Below are positions 61,889 to 64,000 of a stretch of 64,000 nt of DNA, piece after piece; position 1 is the stretch's first letter; every line of letters begins with the position of its first letter. This stretch comes from Thermoanaerobaculia bacterium. Lineage in GTDB: Bacteria > Acidobacteriota > Thermoanaerobaculia > UBA5066. The stretch covers positions 128,001 through 192,000 of the forward strand of contig CAWFJJ010000030.1 in the NCBI GenBank assembly GCA_963816185.1, in the 5' to 3' direction. Below the pieces are notes generated by a model, which made no database searches, was not told the DNA's origin, and saw only the letters and a list, made by a program, of their open reading frames with translations. The translations under genes and the position numbers were made by a program.

Positions 61889-62209
61889 GTAGTCACCTCT
61901 TGCTGAATTGGAAAATAAATGAAAGAAAACGACTCGCAGATTTGCAGTCGGGTGTAAACACTACGTGAAGGCAGGTTCATGGCAGCGTCTTTTCGAAGAG
62001 CTTTCCTGAACCAGGAGCGGGTTTAGCGGGCGCCGTCAATCCCCGCAGCTTATGGCACCGGAACCTGTCTCGGCTACTGGGTAAGGTGCATCAGTCCTTC
62101 GACCCTCCATCGGGCCCATCATTAGAGCTGTTGCCTTCCCTCTCTTCCCCGCAACTCGACATCCCGGCCGGCGAAACCCGGCGGGCTCAATGAACTAACA
62201 GGAGGTTTC

Positions 62210-63640
62210 ATGTCAGATACTGTCAAAACTCTCGATGCCGAGGTCGCGAAAAAGCCGGGGCGCCCGACAGGAGGATCCAAGTCCGTGTACGTCAAGAACC
62301 TGATGGCCGAGGTCAAGGCCAAGAACCCCGCCGAGCCTGAGTTCCACCAGGCGGTCGAGGAGGTTGCCGATTCGCTTCAGCTCGTCCTCGAGCAGAGGCC
62401 TGAATACCGGAGCGCGAAGATCCTCGAGCGGATGATCGAGCCCGAGCGGGTTCTCATGTTCCGGGTGCCCTGGCAGGATGACCAGGGGACGTACAGGGTC
62501 AACCGGGGATTCCGGATCCAGATGAACAGCGCGATCGGTCCCTACAAGGGAGGGCTCCGTTTCCACCCCTCGGTCAACCTCGGGATCCTGAAGTTCCTGG
62601 CCTTCGAGCAGGTCCTCAAGAACTCGCTGACCACGCTGCCGATGGGCGGCGGCAAGGGCGGCTCGGACTTCGATCCGAAAGGCAAGAGCGACGGCGAGGT
62701 CATGCGCTTCTGCCAGAGCTTCATGACGGAGCTCTTCCGCCACATCGGACCCGACACCGACGTCCCGGCCGGCGACATCGGCGTGGGCGGGCGCGAGATC
62801 GGCTTCCTGTTCGGCCAGTACAAGCGGCTCAGGAACGAGTTCTCGGGCGTCCTGACGGGCAAGGGCCTCCACTGGGGCGGCTCGCTGATCCGTCCGGAGG
62901 CCACCGGCTACGGCTCCGTGTACTTCGCGGCCGAGATGATCGGCACGCGTGGTCAGACGCTGGAAGGCAAGAGCTGCCTGGTCTCCGGCAGCGGTAACGT
63001 CTCGCAATATACCGTCGAGAAGCTCCTCCAGCTCAAGGCCAAGCCCGTGACTCTCTCCGACTCGGAAGGCTACATCTACGACGAGGCGGGAATCACGGCC
63101 GAAAAGCTGGCCTTCGTGATGGACCTCAAGAACGTCCGGCGCGGCCGCATCAAGGAGTACGCCGACAAGTTCAAGGGCGTCGTCTACACGCCGGTGAACC
63201 CGAAGCTCGACCACAATCCGCTCTGGACGCACAAGGCGCAGTGCGCCTTCCCGAGCGCGACGCAAAACGAGATCAACGGATTCGACGCGGCGCACCTCCT
63301 GAGGGGTGGCGTCTACGTCGTGACCGAGGGCGCCAACATGCCGACGACTCTCGACGGCGTGAAGGTCTTCCTCGATGCCGGCATTCTCTACGGGCCCGGA
63401 AAGGCCGCGAATGCGGGGGGAGTCGCGACCTCGGGGCTGGAGATGTCGCAGAACAGCATGCGCCTTTCCTGGACCCGCGAGGAAGTGGACAACCGGTTGC
63501 ATCTCATCATGAAGTCGATTCACGCGGCCTGCCGCGAAACGGCCGACCGGTTCGGGACGCCCGGCAACTACGTCAACGGGGCGAACATCGCCGGCTTCCT
63601 CAAGGTCGCCGACTCGATGATCGACCAGGGACTCGTCTAA
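62210..63640 (+). CDS. gdhA: NADP-specific glutamate dehydrogenase
   Basis: GPYKGGLRFHPSVN, GGGKGGSDFDP, DVPAGDIGVG, RPEATGYG and GKAANAGGV. AGGAGG RBS. Confidence 0.97.
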   Translation: MSDTVKTLDAEVAKKPGRPTGGSKSVYVKNLMAEVKAKNPAEPEFHQAVEEVADSLQLVLEQRPEYRSAKILERMIEPERVLMFRVPWQDDQGTYRVNRGFRIQMNSAIGPYKGGLRFHPSVNLGILKFLAFEQVLKNSLTTLPMGGGKGGSDFDPKGKSDGEVMRFCQSFMTELFRHIGPDTDVPAGDIGVGGREIGFLFGQYKRLRNEFSGVLTGKGLHWGGSLIRPEATGYGSVYFAAEMIGTRGQTLEGKSCLVSGSGNVSQYTVEKLLQLKAKPVTLSDSEGYIYDEAGITAEKLAFVMDLKNVRRGRIKEYADKFKGVVYTPVNPKLDHNPLWTHKAQCAFPSATQNEINGFDAAHLLRGGVYVVTEGANMPTTLDGVKVFLDAGILYGPGKAANAGGVATSGLEMSQNSMRLSWTREEVDNRLHLIMKSIHAACRETADRFGTPGNYVNGANIAGFLKVADSMIDQGLV

Positions 63641-63650
63641 CCTAGGCCCC

Positions 63651-63688
63651 GGAGGCGGCGTGGGGGATTCTCGCTTCACGCCGCCTCC
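63651..63688 (+). other. Strong intergenic hairpin without U-tract
   Basis: GGAGGCGGCGTG ... CACGCCGCCTCC between gdhA and the next gene. Confidence 0.65.
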
Positions 63689-63701
63689 CGGGGAGTCATC
63701 G

Positions 63702-64000
63702 ATGTCCGAACGAGGCCCGGACGGCCCCACCCTCCGCTCAGAGAGCCCGTGGGGCGGGTTCCACGACCTGATGCAGTACCGGGTCCAGGACATCCTGCTC
63801 GTTTCCAGCCTCTACGATTACTTCATCCTGGCCGAAGACGGCCAGCTAAACGAGCGGATCCTTTCCGAATCTCTCGAGCTGAACCTCCGGCACGTTCCCG
63901 GAATCACCCGCGTCTCCACGGGCGAGGAGGCGCTCGCGAGGGCGCGCGCGGAGCCCCGCTTCAACCTGGTCATCACGTCCCTTCACGTGGGCGACATGGA
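63702..64000 (+). CDS. N-terminus of a receiver-like/PEP-pyruvate-binding domain protein (partial)
   Basis: Manual translation: GFHDLMQYRVQDILLVSSLYDYFILAEDGQLNERI..E..ELNL. Resembles the PEP-synthase-like proteins found beside gdh in several phyla. Confidence 0.7.
   Translation, partial: MSERGPDGPTLRSESPWGGFHDLMQYRVQDILLVSSLYDYFILAEDGQLNERILSESLELNLRHVPGITRVSTGEEALARARAEPRFNLVITSLHVGDM

Noticed and set aside
58997-61906. Long antisense ORFs (also 22355-24661, 12068-13957, 62213-63793)
   Set aside because: These are stop-poor reverse frames typical of high-GC coding DNA and carry no protein motifs.
62053-62070. Sigma-54 promoter candidate TGGCAC upstream of gdhA
   Set aside because: There is no GC at the -12 position.

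Overview
High-GC bacterial chromosomal window, most likely Acidobacteriota and possibly Thermoanaerobaculia. That placement is inferred from gene order (lysS-lolE-lolD-clpC-bamA-skp-lpxD-fabZ-lpxA), the ASPIC/UnbV and Oar-like receptor genes, and ECF/kinase pairs. Content is mostly housekeeping: argR-argC-argB, EF-G2, the envelope operon, hpt, gap, def, rnc, pfkA, gdhA, four tRNAs, three ECF sigma factors, two VapBC modules and several secreted proteins. No integrase, transposase or CRISPR array was seen. Isolated single-base frameshifts and a degraded 43-51 kb stretch suggest long-read consensus errors. The most notable observations are: (1) a dispersed bipartite DNA element, GATTTCTTAGAAGG...CCTTCTAAGAAATC, with its two inverted arms about 70 bp apart, found roughly every 10 kb from 16.5 kb onward and written into lysS with rare AT-rich codons; (2) a DsbD whose thioredoxin domain is split and permuted around the membrane domain; (3) a Cys-to-Ser GAPDH paralogue translationally coupled to an intact GAPDH; (4) a collapsed YCII/DGPF gene remnant under an ECF42 promoter; (5) pervasive leaderless-type promoters.
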